A DNA stretch of 64,000 nt, taken from NCBI GenBank assembly GCA_951406725.2, contig OX597817.1:174902001-174966000 (forward strand), written 5' to 3'. The notes under the pieces are model-generated. The model was not told the origin of the DNA, did not search any database, and saw nothing but the letters and a program-made list of their open reading frames with translations. A program made the position numbers and the translations under genes. This DNA is from Octopus vulgaris (Eukaryota). Shown in pieces: positions 1 through 10,960 of the stretch (its first letter is position 1; each line of letters begins with the position of its first letter).

Positions 1-77
1 ATATAATTATACATATTATCATCATGAAGAAATATCAACCGTCTCAACCAAAGAGAAAGGTATAAAGAGGGTAACTT

Positions 78-160
78 TGAAATGGTTCATCTGGGAATCA
101 AACCTGAAATGGTTCATCTGGGAATCAAACCTGAAATGGTTCATCTGGGAATCAAACCTG
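78..160. repeat. 27-bp tandem repeat x3
   Basis: TGAAATGGTTCATCTGGGAATCAAACC repeated three times exactly. Confidence 0.95.
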
Positions 161-596
161 CAAGCTCAACTACAGCTTTCAGGTAGCACACAACATTAAA
201 AAAATCTTTGAAACTGAAATGTTTAGGCAGTAAAAATGCCAATATTGGTGAAATGAAAATTCTTGGAGGAATTATAAAAATGGAAATAGTTAAAAAATAA
301 TAAATCCCATGACCCAAAAATTGAAGTGAATATTCTAAAGAACATCTGCTGATGATTTACATATATTTGTGGAATAGTAGAATTAATAGATGCTCTTAGA
401 GAAATTAGGAAGGGACATTATAAGACAGAAAACTAGAATACTTTGTTGTTGATGTCAAACTCAGAATTATGAGAAGTGTGGAAAGCAGAATGTACTTACC
501 TTCCTTTAGTATTTAAAAATTTTTTTATAGATTTTTTTTTAGTTTAAAAAAAAAATTTTTTTTTTTCTGTTGCTGGACATTAGCACTAGTCCTCAT

Positions 597-890
597 TTTA
601 CTTTTTAAGCCTGGAACTTACTTATTCTACCAGTCTCTATAACCAAACTGCTAACTTATTGGGGTGTAGACAAACCAACACTAATTATCAAGTAGTGGTG
701 GTTATCAAGTAGGCATATGGATATATACATTGAGCTTCCACACAGTTTCCACCTACCACATTCACTCATAAAACATTGGTTGGCCCAGGGCTATTGAAGA
801 AGACACTTGCTCAATATGCCATGCAGTGGGACTGAACCTGAAACCAAATGGTTGTGAAGCAAATTCTTACACTCAGACACACCTTCACCT
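597..890 (-). mobile_element. SINE family A, degenerate copy
   Basis: Diverged reverse complement of the family-A body (gaagacacttgc...gcagtgggactgaacc). Confidence 0.7.
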
Positions 891-1179
891 ATTATTAACA
901 CCTTTGAATAGTTGCAGCCCAGTAGTAAAGGTATAAATGAACATAAGAAAAAAAATCATTGAAATTATTTTCATAATTATCATTAATTCTATTTCTCATG
1001 CTGGAGTGCAATTTTAAAGGATTTGTGTTTTGGGAAAAATTTAAAGAGTAAATCAAATATCATGGATTGTCATAGACTGCTAGACCAAACCTCAAGAGTA
1101 ATTACCCATCACCCACAAGTTGGTCCTTTCCTATCCAATCTTCACCAAGAATAGAGCCTAATCACAAAGTGAAGGAAAT

Positions 1180-1218
<39 letters not shown>

Positions 1219-1289
1219 AACCCATGGATTTGGACTACTAACAACTAAGATGCAAGGCTACCTAAAAAACTTCTTCTACAGACTTCTAT

Positions 1290-1700
1290 AGGTGCCGGAG
1301 TGGCTGTGTGGTAAGTAGCTTGCTTACCATGGTTCTGGGTTCAGTCCCACTGTGTGGCAACTTGGGCAAGTGTCTCCTACTATAGCCTCAGGCCAACCAA
1401 AGCCTTGTGAGTGGATTTGGTTGAGGGAAACTGAAAGAAACCCATCGTACATATGTATATGTATATATATGTGTGTCTATGTTTGTGTGTCTGTGTTTGT
1501 CCCCCCAACACTGCTTGACAACTAATACTGGTGTGTTTACGTCCCCATAATTTAGCGGTTCGGCAAAAGAGACCAATAGAATATGTACTAGGCTTACAAA
1601 AGAATAAGCCCTGGGGTCGATTTGCTCGACTAAAGGCAGTGCTCCAGCATGGCTGCAGTCAAATGACTGAAACAAATAAAAGAGTAAAAGAGTAAAGAGA
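1290..1700 (+). mobile_element. tRNA-derived SINE family A, full length
   Basis: Head ggtgccggagtggctgtgtggtaagtagc...ggttcagtccc with A/B-box-like motifs, internal TA/TG microsatellite, (aaagagt)n tail; more than 10 copies in the window. Confidence 0.9.
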
Positions 1701-2706
1701 CTCTTTCTATTAAAGATGTTGTCATGGGAATGAGACAGTTAAGAAACAGTGCATTGAGATATTATAGCCCCGGACTTAGAGTACAGCATTGTGAAAGGAT
1801 TTGGTAGATAGAAACTGAAAGAAGCACATCATATGTGTATAGATGTGTATGTATATGTGTGTGTGTATGTGTGTCTGCTTGGGTTTGTGAGTGTGTGTTT
1901 GTGACTATTTGTCTTGACATCATGTGATAATTGTAAACTAAGGATCTCCATCAGACAAGAATGGCTTTCATTTTCAGTCTTGCATGGAAACAGATGTGGA
2001 TCAATAACAGGAAGGGCATCTGGCCAGAAAAAAAATATACCTCAATGAATTCAACACCAGAGCCATGCCAACATGGGAAAGTGGATGTTAAAATGGTGAT
2101 GAAGATGGTGGTGATGGCGGTGGTGGTGGTGAGGATGAGGATTCTTACTTAACAAAAAAAATCTTTTTGAACTCAACGAAATCAATGAACGATATTGCTG
2201 CCATCATATTTGTTTCACAGTTGTGAAATTGTTCTGCTCTACTTCAGAGTTTCCAAGTAAATATTCATAGAAGAAGGAGATGAAGAATCTAGTGAGAATA
2301 TCTTATCTTAAGTGGGGAGAAATGGTTAGCAACAGCAAAACAGATAATGAGTGGTAATTCTACTTTAAGCTGTTCTAGTCTTGAAATGAAAGCTGCAACG
2401 GCAACATATCACAGCAGATAACTTGGAAATTAGAGACCGACCAATATAAGAGAAATCAATGAAGTTGCCAATGCATTAGATTGATGTGGGATCAGATTTA
2501 AAGTAGTTCTATTGTGTATAGCTCTGAGCCATTGCATTATCAGTGTTGGAATAATCCTGACTTTTTACAGAACAGTTTTCTATAGACACAGGCATGCGGA
2601 TGCTTAGGAACACACACAGGTACGCAAATATAAAATATGCATATACATGCACATGAGCTTGCACTGTTTGTAGCTTTGTGCCTATATACAATATTATAGA
2701 CGTGTG

Positions 2707-2737
<31 letters not shown>

Positions 2738-2977
2738 GCTGTAAGGCAAGGAAAATGAGTTTAGCCAAAATTGTTAGCTTTCAAGGGTGAAGAAAATTGT
2801 TATTAAAGAAATTTTCAAAACGAGATCTCTTTAATCTATATCTTTCACCTTTCATATAAATTCATAATAATAATAATACTAATAATACTACTAATAATAA
2901 TAAATTCATAATAATAATAATACTAATAATAATGATAATAATAATGATGATAATAATAATAATAATAATGATAATAA

Positions 2978-3533
2978 ATGTCCTGATGCAGTTCCAGACA
3001 GTAGCTCTCATGTCTTCTGATCTTAACTGATTGGAAGTGTTATCATGTACATTGTTTTGTCTTGGTATAAAAGATGGGCTACAGCAAATATTCTGCTCAA
3101 CACCACAGATTTGCTTGCCAGTTGTTTGACCTTAACCAGTTGAGCATGTCCCTTAGTGGCTGACGATATGTGCATCTCTGATCACGAGCAGAAGTAGTGG
3201 GGGAGCATCATAGCCATGTGTTGAAAGGGATTCTTTGGGGTTTGAATAATTCACCCCTGGAAACATGGGTGGTTCTTTCAACATCCTTAAACAACCCTTA
3301 TTCAGGGACCTTTTGAGCGGAATGGATTACTCGACCAGAAGAAAATTCTAACTGGGTCTTACCTGCAAGGTCATGTGCTGTTTGTCTTGATACAAGATCA
3401 CCATGATGTGCACATATGGTTGTGATGCATGTGCTTGGTGTACCCTTATCAGACTGGTTGTCATGATGGGTATACTGGGCTTCATATATTTTACCCCAGT
3501 GTCACTTTGAAGGCATGCACTGCTCTCTCAGTC
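2978..3533. mobile_element. ~555-bp non-coding element inserted in an (AAT)n tract
   Basis: Complex sequence flanked directly on both sides by (AAT)n; no convincing ORF; probably a non-autonomous element targeted to TAA repeats. Confidence 0.5.
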
Positions 3534-3540
3534 AATAATG

Positions 3541-3603
<63 letters not shown>

Positions 3604-3755
3604 GTAACAATAACAATAATGATATAAAAAAATAATGATAATAATAAAGTGTCACCTTAGTCTGCTTGTTGTGAACAACTGACACTTTCTATTATACCCA
3701 GCAAAATAATGCTGAGATTTTTGAAGAAATAATAATAGTAATGATGATGATGATG

Positions 3756-3859
<104 letters not shown>

Positions 3860-3867
3860 AAGAAGAA

Positions 3868-4373
3868 ATGTGAAGAAGCCATTAAAGAGGGTGCCAAATT
3901 GGAAGTGGCTTCTGCGTGATAGAATCTCAGATCAGCTAAACACAATATCAGAACAGGAAATTGTACCACTTTTGATGAGTATTGGAAAAATTGTGCTGTG
4001 TGTTGAGGGTATTGATAAGGGAAATAGTTACTGATTTTAGGCCAATAACTTGCCTCTCTTTAATGTGGAAGCTTCTCGTGAGTATATTAGCAGAAGAGCT
4101 GTATTGGTATCTTGAGGATGAAAGTAAAATGGATACAAAAAATAACCGTTGATTAATAAAATGGTAATAAACAACTGTTAGCAAAGACTGACAAATTTGG
4201 AAATGGCACAACAGATAACAAACAGGCTTATGATATGTTACCACATTTAGAGCAGAAAATCTGTTGATAGCAGGTAGCATCAAGTCATTAATCTGTGGCA
4301 GCATGAGACGATGGAACATCGAACTAGTAGCTGGGACACTATTATTGGGAAATGTTAACATAAAATGAGGAAT
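3868..4373 (+). mobile_element. R4/Dong-like non-LTR retrotransposon, degenerate RT fragment
   Basis: Broken frames give ...DKGNSY/DFRPITCLSLMWKLLVSILAEELY... and ...SMRRWNIELVAGTLLLGNVNIK*GI, matching the RT motifs FRPITCL and VxIKRGI(FQGD); preceded by (AAT)n(GAA)n. Confidence 0.75.
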
Positions 4374-4590
4374 ACTCTTTTACTCTTTTATTCTGTTTCA
4401 GTCATTTGACTGTGGCCATGCTGGAGCACCACCTTTAGTCGAGCAAATCAACCCCAGGACTTATTCTTTGTAAGCCTAGTACTTATTCTATTGGTCTCTT
4501 TTGCCAAACCGCTAAGTTACAGGGACGTAAACGCACCAGCATCGGTTGTCAAGCGATGTTGGGGGGACAGACACAGACACACAAACACAG

Positions 4591-4630
<40 letters not shown>

Positions 4631-4800
4631 GTATATATATACACGATGGGCTTCTTTCAGTTTCCATCTACCAATCCACTCACAAAGCTTTGGTCAGCCC
4701 GAGGCTATAGTAGAAGACACTTACCCAAGGTGCCACGCAGTGGGACTGAACCCAGAACCATGTGGTTGGTAAGCAAGCTACTTACTGCACAGCCACTCCT
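4373..4800 (-). mobile_element. SINE family A
   Basis: Reverse-complement near-full copy. Confidence 0.9.
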
Positions 4801-4847
4801 ATACTACATTAATACTTCAAACAGTTTGCTATGTTAATACTTCTAAT

Positions 4848-5060
4848 ATTGGTTTCAAACTTTGGTACAAGGCCAGCAATTTTGATGGAGGAATTAAGTA
4901 GATTACATTGACCCCAGTACTTTATGGTACTTGTTTTATTGACCCTGAAAAGAGGAAAGGCAGAGTCAACCTCAGTAGCATTTGAACTCAGGACATAAAA
5001 ATGGATGAAATGCTTCAAAGCATTTTACCTAGCATGGTAACCATTCTGCCAGCTTGCTCC
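4848..5060 (-). mobile_element. SINE family B, older copy
   Basis: gaccccagtac...aaaggcagagtcaacctc...tttgaactcag, reverse complement of the family-B core. Confidence 0.75.
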
Positions 5061-6190
5061 TTTCTATTTTCTAATATTGATAACTAAGCAGTTTATACCA
5101 ACAGCAGCACTGCTCTTGAGGCTCAATCAAGATGATCTTGAGGCTCAATCCATTGTCTAGTTTAAACCTTCCACCTGGTCCTTGGGTATTAGGAACCTTT
5201 AGTAGAGTTCAATCTGTTGCAAACATTTAGACCAGAGACTGGTTTTAGTGGAAGATAATTTCTTTCCTTCTTCCCACCAGTTTCAGAGGCCCAAAATTAA
5301 AAAAAAATACTCATGTGCCCTCCTCTCCCTAAGTAAACAGTGAAAAAATTTTGCTTCACAATCATGAGGTTAAGAGTTTGATCTTTGGTGTAACTAAATT
5401 GTATAATGACTGGAGCAGCCCTTGAGTTTGTTATTTCCCGACCCCAAGCCTATATAGACTTATACAACAGACCTACAGTGCTGCCCTCAAAAAAGCATTG
5501 CCAAGGACAGACAATTGCTTCGCTCCCCCCGACTCCATCCTTCTCCAGCCAAGCTACTAGGTTTGATCTTGTTAAACAGAAAAACAGAAATGTTTTCTAT
5601 CAGAGCCTTGCAAGGGAAATTGCTTGATTGCTTGAATGAATTGCTACAGAAGGATTTCGTGGTAAAAAAAAAAAGAGTAAGTTCTTGTAAGTCTTTTCTA
5701 CTGAAGTCTTGCAAGAGAACCTGGTGAACCAAAACTATGTGGAAGCACTTTGGGTGGTCTTTAACAGAAATTCAAAGAACCAATCTTATCAAAAGGTGTG
5801 ACATTGACTCTATCTGAGATTATGTTGAGGGTAGAAATATATATGGAATACTCATTTACTTACACTATAATAGTTTGTATTATAGGGACAGGGCCTGAAA
5901 TGTGGGGAGAGGGCTTAACAATGCTATCAACCCTCAGTACTTGGCTGGTATTTCATTTTATTAATTCCAGAGGACTGATTTGATGGAAGACATAGTTAAC
6001 CCCTGCAGGATTTGAACTCAGAAGCTAAAGAGTTTGGAAGCAATATCATGAAGTATTTCTTGCTATGTTTTATTAATTCACCATTCTTCTATATGGTGGT
6101 GTAATGTTGAATGTACCACACTTACACAATAACACAATAGGAACTCAGAAATTACAGAGTTTGAAAGAAATACCACAAGATATTTTTTTC

Positions 6191-7078
6191 TATGAGATGA
6201 TCTCAAAAAGTTCCTGGACTAGTTGTGTAGCACACCAACAGATGGCAGCACATGATTTTATGTGCAATGAGAGCTAGCAGTGATCTTCATGCAACAGTGT
6301 ACCAAGTGACATCATTGTGTTTACTTTGCAAGTTGTGAAATTTGTGTTTTTGTGAGTCAGGTAGAGCAAGGCAATTGTCTGTCCTTGGCAATGCTTTTTT
6401 GAGGGCAGCACTGTTGGTCTGTATAGGCTTGGGGTCAGGGAAATAACAACCTCAAGGGCTGCTCCAGTCATTATACACTTTAGTTACACCATAGATCACA
6501 TGAATTCCTCACTCATGAATTCCCCACCAAAAACAACATGGTATCAGTTCTGCACCTGTCCGATTTGCCAGATTTTGTGTACGCTGTAGTCTGCAATTTT
6601 TGTCATGGACAGGATGTGGGAACAAAGAGCCAATGTGAAATTTTGTGTTACACTTAGGAAGTCTGCTACAAAGACATTGAATATGCTTCAGCAAGCTTAC
6701 AGTGATGAAGCAATGGGTTGCATGCAATGTTTTGAGTGGCATGAGTGCTTCAAAAGGTATGACAAAGCTGCAGTTCAATCAAAAGCATGGTCATTTAGCT
6801 CCTGCAGACTTTCATCTCTTCCCCAAGGTGAAAATGCAGCTCAAAGGTTGCTGTTTTAATACCGTTGTTGAGATCCAGAGCAAATCACAAATGGTTCTTG
6901 ACTCGCTTCGCTTATGGGAAATGACTTTAAGGCCAGATTCTAAAAGTGGTAGGAATGCAGGGACCAGTGTAATGCTGCACAAAGTGACTATTTCAAAGGA
7001 GATGATATTAAAACTTAGGTAAATCAGTTATTTTTTATTAAACATAACTAGCCCAGGAACTTTTTGATACACCTTGTA
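6191..7078 (+). mobile_element. Internally deleted mariner (Tc1/mariner) element
   Basis: TA-flanked imperfect TIRs (caaaaagttcctggactagtt / aactagcccaggaactttttg); N-terminal EQRANVKFCVTLRKSATKTLNMLQQAY joined to C-terminal LAPADFHLFPKVKMQLKG. Confidence 0.85.
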
Positions 7079-7971
7079 TACTCAAAGAATTCACTGTTAC
7101 ACTATATGGTTGTGTAACAGTAAATGCTCAACACGTACTCTATAATACAATTGGAACATGTCATAGTCAAAACTGACATGAGATCCATCACCCTGTATGT
7201 GATCCCAAAACTTACCATTACCTCCGATTCCATCAAGGTCAACTTCATCTTTCATTTTTGGGGGGATTGATAAAATAAGCACCAGTCAAATTTGAAACCC
7301 TTATTACCTTCATGACGTCTCAAAGAGAATTTAGTTGGAAATGGTTACAGAACAGTGGTGCACAATTCACCACTATTAAGTTTTATTAACTCCTATCATC
7401 ACTTTAACTTGAAGATGTATGAGTTCTGAAAGATTTACTTACTTCACATACACTGCATGAAAATAATTGTTACCGGTACCCCTGCTACTAAATGGATTAT
7501 AGATCACACCATATCTATTGCCTATTAAAGGCTGCTTGGATCTTATTTTTTTTACCCCCTAATTTCTGTGTTATATTTAACACAGAAGTATGGTTAGAAC
7601 ATTATTAAGTATGGTATTCTAAACAAGGATTTCATGAAAGGGAAAAAAAAAACCCAAAAATAACAGAAATGTTACTCATAGCAACCAGTCATAACAGTTA
7701 GCAATGATTCTAGGTTCTTATCTGCTGAATAGTAACTCTGTCTTGCAAAGAAATTTTTAAAAAAAGAAAAGAAAGAAAATGTGATTTTACGTATGTAATT
7801 TTCTCAAAAATTGATTTTGTGTGTAAGACACTTGTAGTTTTCTTTTAATCAATATCTTAGAAGTTATATATTTTTAAGGAATTTTTGTCTGCCAAGAACA
7901 GTTATGCAAAAAAGCTAAACATTAAATTCATTAAATGTACATGAAATAATATTTTCTGTTACACACACAGA

Positions 7972-8029
<58 letters not shown>

Positions 8030-8121
8030 TGTATGTATGTATGTATGTATGTATGTATGTATGCTCATATATAAAATAGATAGATTGGCAGGTAGATATA
8101 AGTAAATATAGACATAGATAT

Positions 8122-8162
<41 letters not shown>

Positions 8163-8411
8163 CACACATGTATATATGCATGTTTGTGTGTAGTGTGTGG
8201 GTGCATATATAGCTAAAATATATTCACAAGATGCAAATCAAAATAGATTTTGACACAAACATTAGTTTATGTAATGGAGGGAGGGAACGACATTGAAAAC
8301 TGTGAATGTTATTGTAAATGTATTATATTTCAAAATCATGCAAAACACATATATATACAAGAAGTGAACTAGACTGGAAAATGAGTATTGAAGACAATTA
8401 TGTATATATAT

Positions 8412-8574
8412 AGGCACAGGAGCGGCTGTGTGGTAAGTAGCTTGCTTACCAACCACATGGTTCTGGGTTCAGTCCCACTGCAGGGCACCTTGGGTAAGTG
8501 TCTTCTACTATAGCCTTGGGCTGACCAAAGCCTTCTGAGTGGATTTAGTAGACAGAAACTGAAAGAAGCCCTTC

Positions 8575-8623
<49 letters not shown>

Positions 8624-8820
8624 AGTGTGTTTGTCCCCCCAACATCACTTAACAACTGATGCTGGTGTGTTTACATCCCCGTAATTTAGTGGTTCGGCAA
8701 AAGAGACCGATAGAATAAGTACTAGGCTTACAAAGAATAAGTCCTGGGGGTCGATTTGCTCGACTAAAGGTGGTGCTCCAGCATGGCCGCAGTCAAATGA
8801 CTGAAACAAGTAAAAGAGTA
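8412..8820 (+). mobile_element. SINE family A
   Basis: Full-length copy. Confidence 0.9.
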
Positions 8821-8964
8821 TACATATATATTACACTCATGTATGCACATACATACACACACACATTACCTACATATATAATATATGTATATACATATAC
8901 ACACACATTACCTACATATATAATATATGTATATACATATACACAATTGTTGCCAGAGCAACAA

Positions 8965-9350
8965 AGTGGCTTCCGTGCCGGTGGCATGTAAAAAGCACCA
9001 TTTGAGCCTGATTGTTACCTGCGTTGCCTTACTGGTACTTGTGGCATTCGAGTGAGGTCGTTGACAGTGCCACTGGACTGGCTCCTGTGCAGATGGCACA
9101 TAAAAAGCACCATTTGAATGTGGCCATTGCCAGTACTGCCCGACTGGCCCTCATGCCGGTGGCACGTAAAAGCACCCACTACACACTCGGATTGGTTGGC
9201 GTTAGGAAGGGCATCCAGCTGTAGAAACACTGCCAAATCAGACTGGAGCCTTGTGCAGCCATCTGGTTTGCCAGTCCTCAGTCAAATCGTCCAACCCATG
9301 CTAGCATGGAAAGCGGACATTAAATGATGATGATGACGATGATGATGATG
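8965..9350 (+). mobile_element. SINE-like family C (RTE-type tail)
   Basis: Repeated tgccggtggcacgtaaaaagcacc modules, gttaggaagggcatccagc, ccaacccatgctagcatggaaagcggac and (GAT)n tail. Confidence 0.85.
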
Positions 9351-9365
9351 ATATATATATATATA

Positions 9366-9550
9366 TTGATAAAAATGGTAAGATAGCAAAAGAAAGAAAG
9401 AAACCCCGATATTATGTAAAACAGAGGAATTTATCTGTAAATGTAATATGAGACAATTATTCGGTAGCCATGATAAAATCTCCGAGATTTGGAGGCCGAG
9501 GTGGAAATCCATGCTGCTATCTCTTCAGTTATCCGGCCATCAGAAAAATC
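9366..9550 (-). mobile_element. Penelope/retrozyme-like fragment with decayed hammerhead motif
   Basis: Abuts (TA)n; the minus strand reads gataa CTGAAGA ... cc aaatctcggagatt ttatc, an HHR layout with a mutated GAAA core. Confidence 0.45.
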
Positions 9551-9879
9551 TGCCAGTTCAGATTGTAGCCTGGTGCAGTTATCTTGTTCGCCAGACCTCA
9601 GTCAAATTGTCCAATCCATGCTAGCATGGAAAGTTGGAGTTAAATGATGATGATGATGATGATGACGACATATGTGCTCACATACCTGTACACACACATG
9701 TGTTCATGATTAACACACATTTAACACACACGCGTATACATGTAAGTGAAAAGTACAGAAATTAATGCAAGAATGTGCAGAACTCCTTTATTAAGTGACA
9801 TAGGTTATTCAAATTGTACACACTGCAATAGAAATGCTATTTCTTCTTTGCAGGCAAATAATGGACTCCAAGTATAAGC

Positions 9880-10960
9880 AATGTCCTGTGTTTGAGTTCT
9901 TGACAGAGGAAGGGTGCAGGTTGTCCTACAGCCACAGAAAGCTCTTGGTTGCTAACAAAGATGAAACCATTGACCAGAACAATGCACTGATGGAAGAAGT
10001 TTGAAGAAGGTGAAACCAGCATGGAAGACAAATCAGGCTGTGGAAACCTCAGCCACTGTGAGCACTGACATGAATATCTAATACCTGAATGAACTGATTT
10101 GAGAGGACAGGTGAGTTACAGTTAATTAGATTGCTGCATGGCTGCACTCTGGTCACAATGCTTTATAGAAGATGGTGGAGGATGTTGGGTGTTGGAAAAT
10201 GTGCAAGAAGTGGGTACCTTGGCATTTAATACCCAATTTGAAGGAAAGAAGACTAGAGTTCTGTTCTGATCTGCTGGAGGCATTGAGCCAATGAAGATAG
10301 GTTTTCTTTTCTGATCTGGTTACAAGGGATGAAATGTGGGCATATTTTTTGTGATCTGGAAACAAAGGCTCAGCCCACAGAATAAATTCTAAGATTGGTA
10401 CAAGGGCCACAATTTTGGTGGATAAGTAGACAGCAAAGATAATGGTGTCATACCTGTTCTTCAAGGCTCGGGAAACTCAAGAGAAAATGATTGAGCACAA
10501 GTCATGGAGAGTATTTTGGGTGGATGATAAGAGAGTCATTCTCACTGATTTTCTAGAACATGGTTGTACCATGATCAGTGAGTGGTACATTGAGACAGTC
10601 AAAGAGGTTACTGAAGCCATTAAGAAGGAAGTGAAGAAGAATCTGAAAGGGAACTTCATTCACCATGACAATGTCCAACTACAAACGTCTTTTGCAATAA
10701 ATCAAGCAACTGGAAAATTTGGCTGGTCAGCAATCCTCCATTCACCATAAAGTCTGGATTTGGCACCTTGTAGCTTTTCCCTGTTCTGTCGCAATAAAGG
10801 ACACTCTTTAGGGACAACAATTTGATGACAAAGATGAGGGGAAGTGGTAGTTAAGAAGAGGAGCCAAGAGTGAGCACCTGAATGATTTCATAGAGATTCT
10901 GAGAGTTTAGTTCAATGACGATGCAAATGTATTGTCTGTGATGGAGTCCATGTTGAGTGG
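9880..10960 (+). mobile_element. Mariner transposase pseudogene (old)
   Basis: KWVPWHL (WVPHxL motif), LVTRDEMW, VFWVDDKRVILTDFLEHG, HHDN, HSP*SLDLAPCSF (YSPDLAP motif); many stops and frameshifts. Confidence 0.85.

Noticed and set aside
334-410. CTGATGA enclosed by a long stem (aagaacatctg/tagatgctctt), hammerhead-like
   Set aside because: No GAAA core and no convincing stem III; cannot be supported beyond a possible very old remnant.
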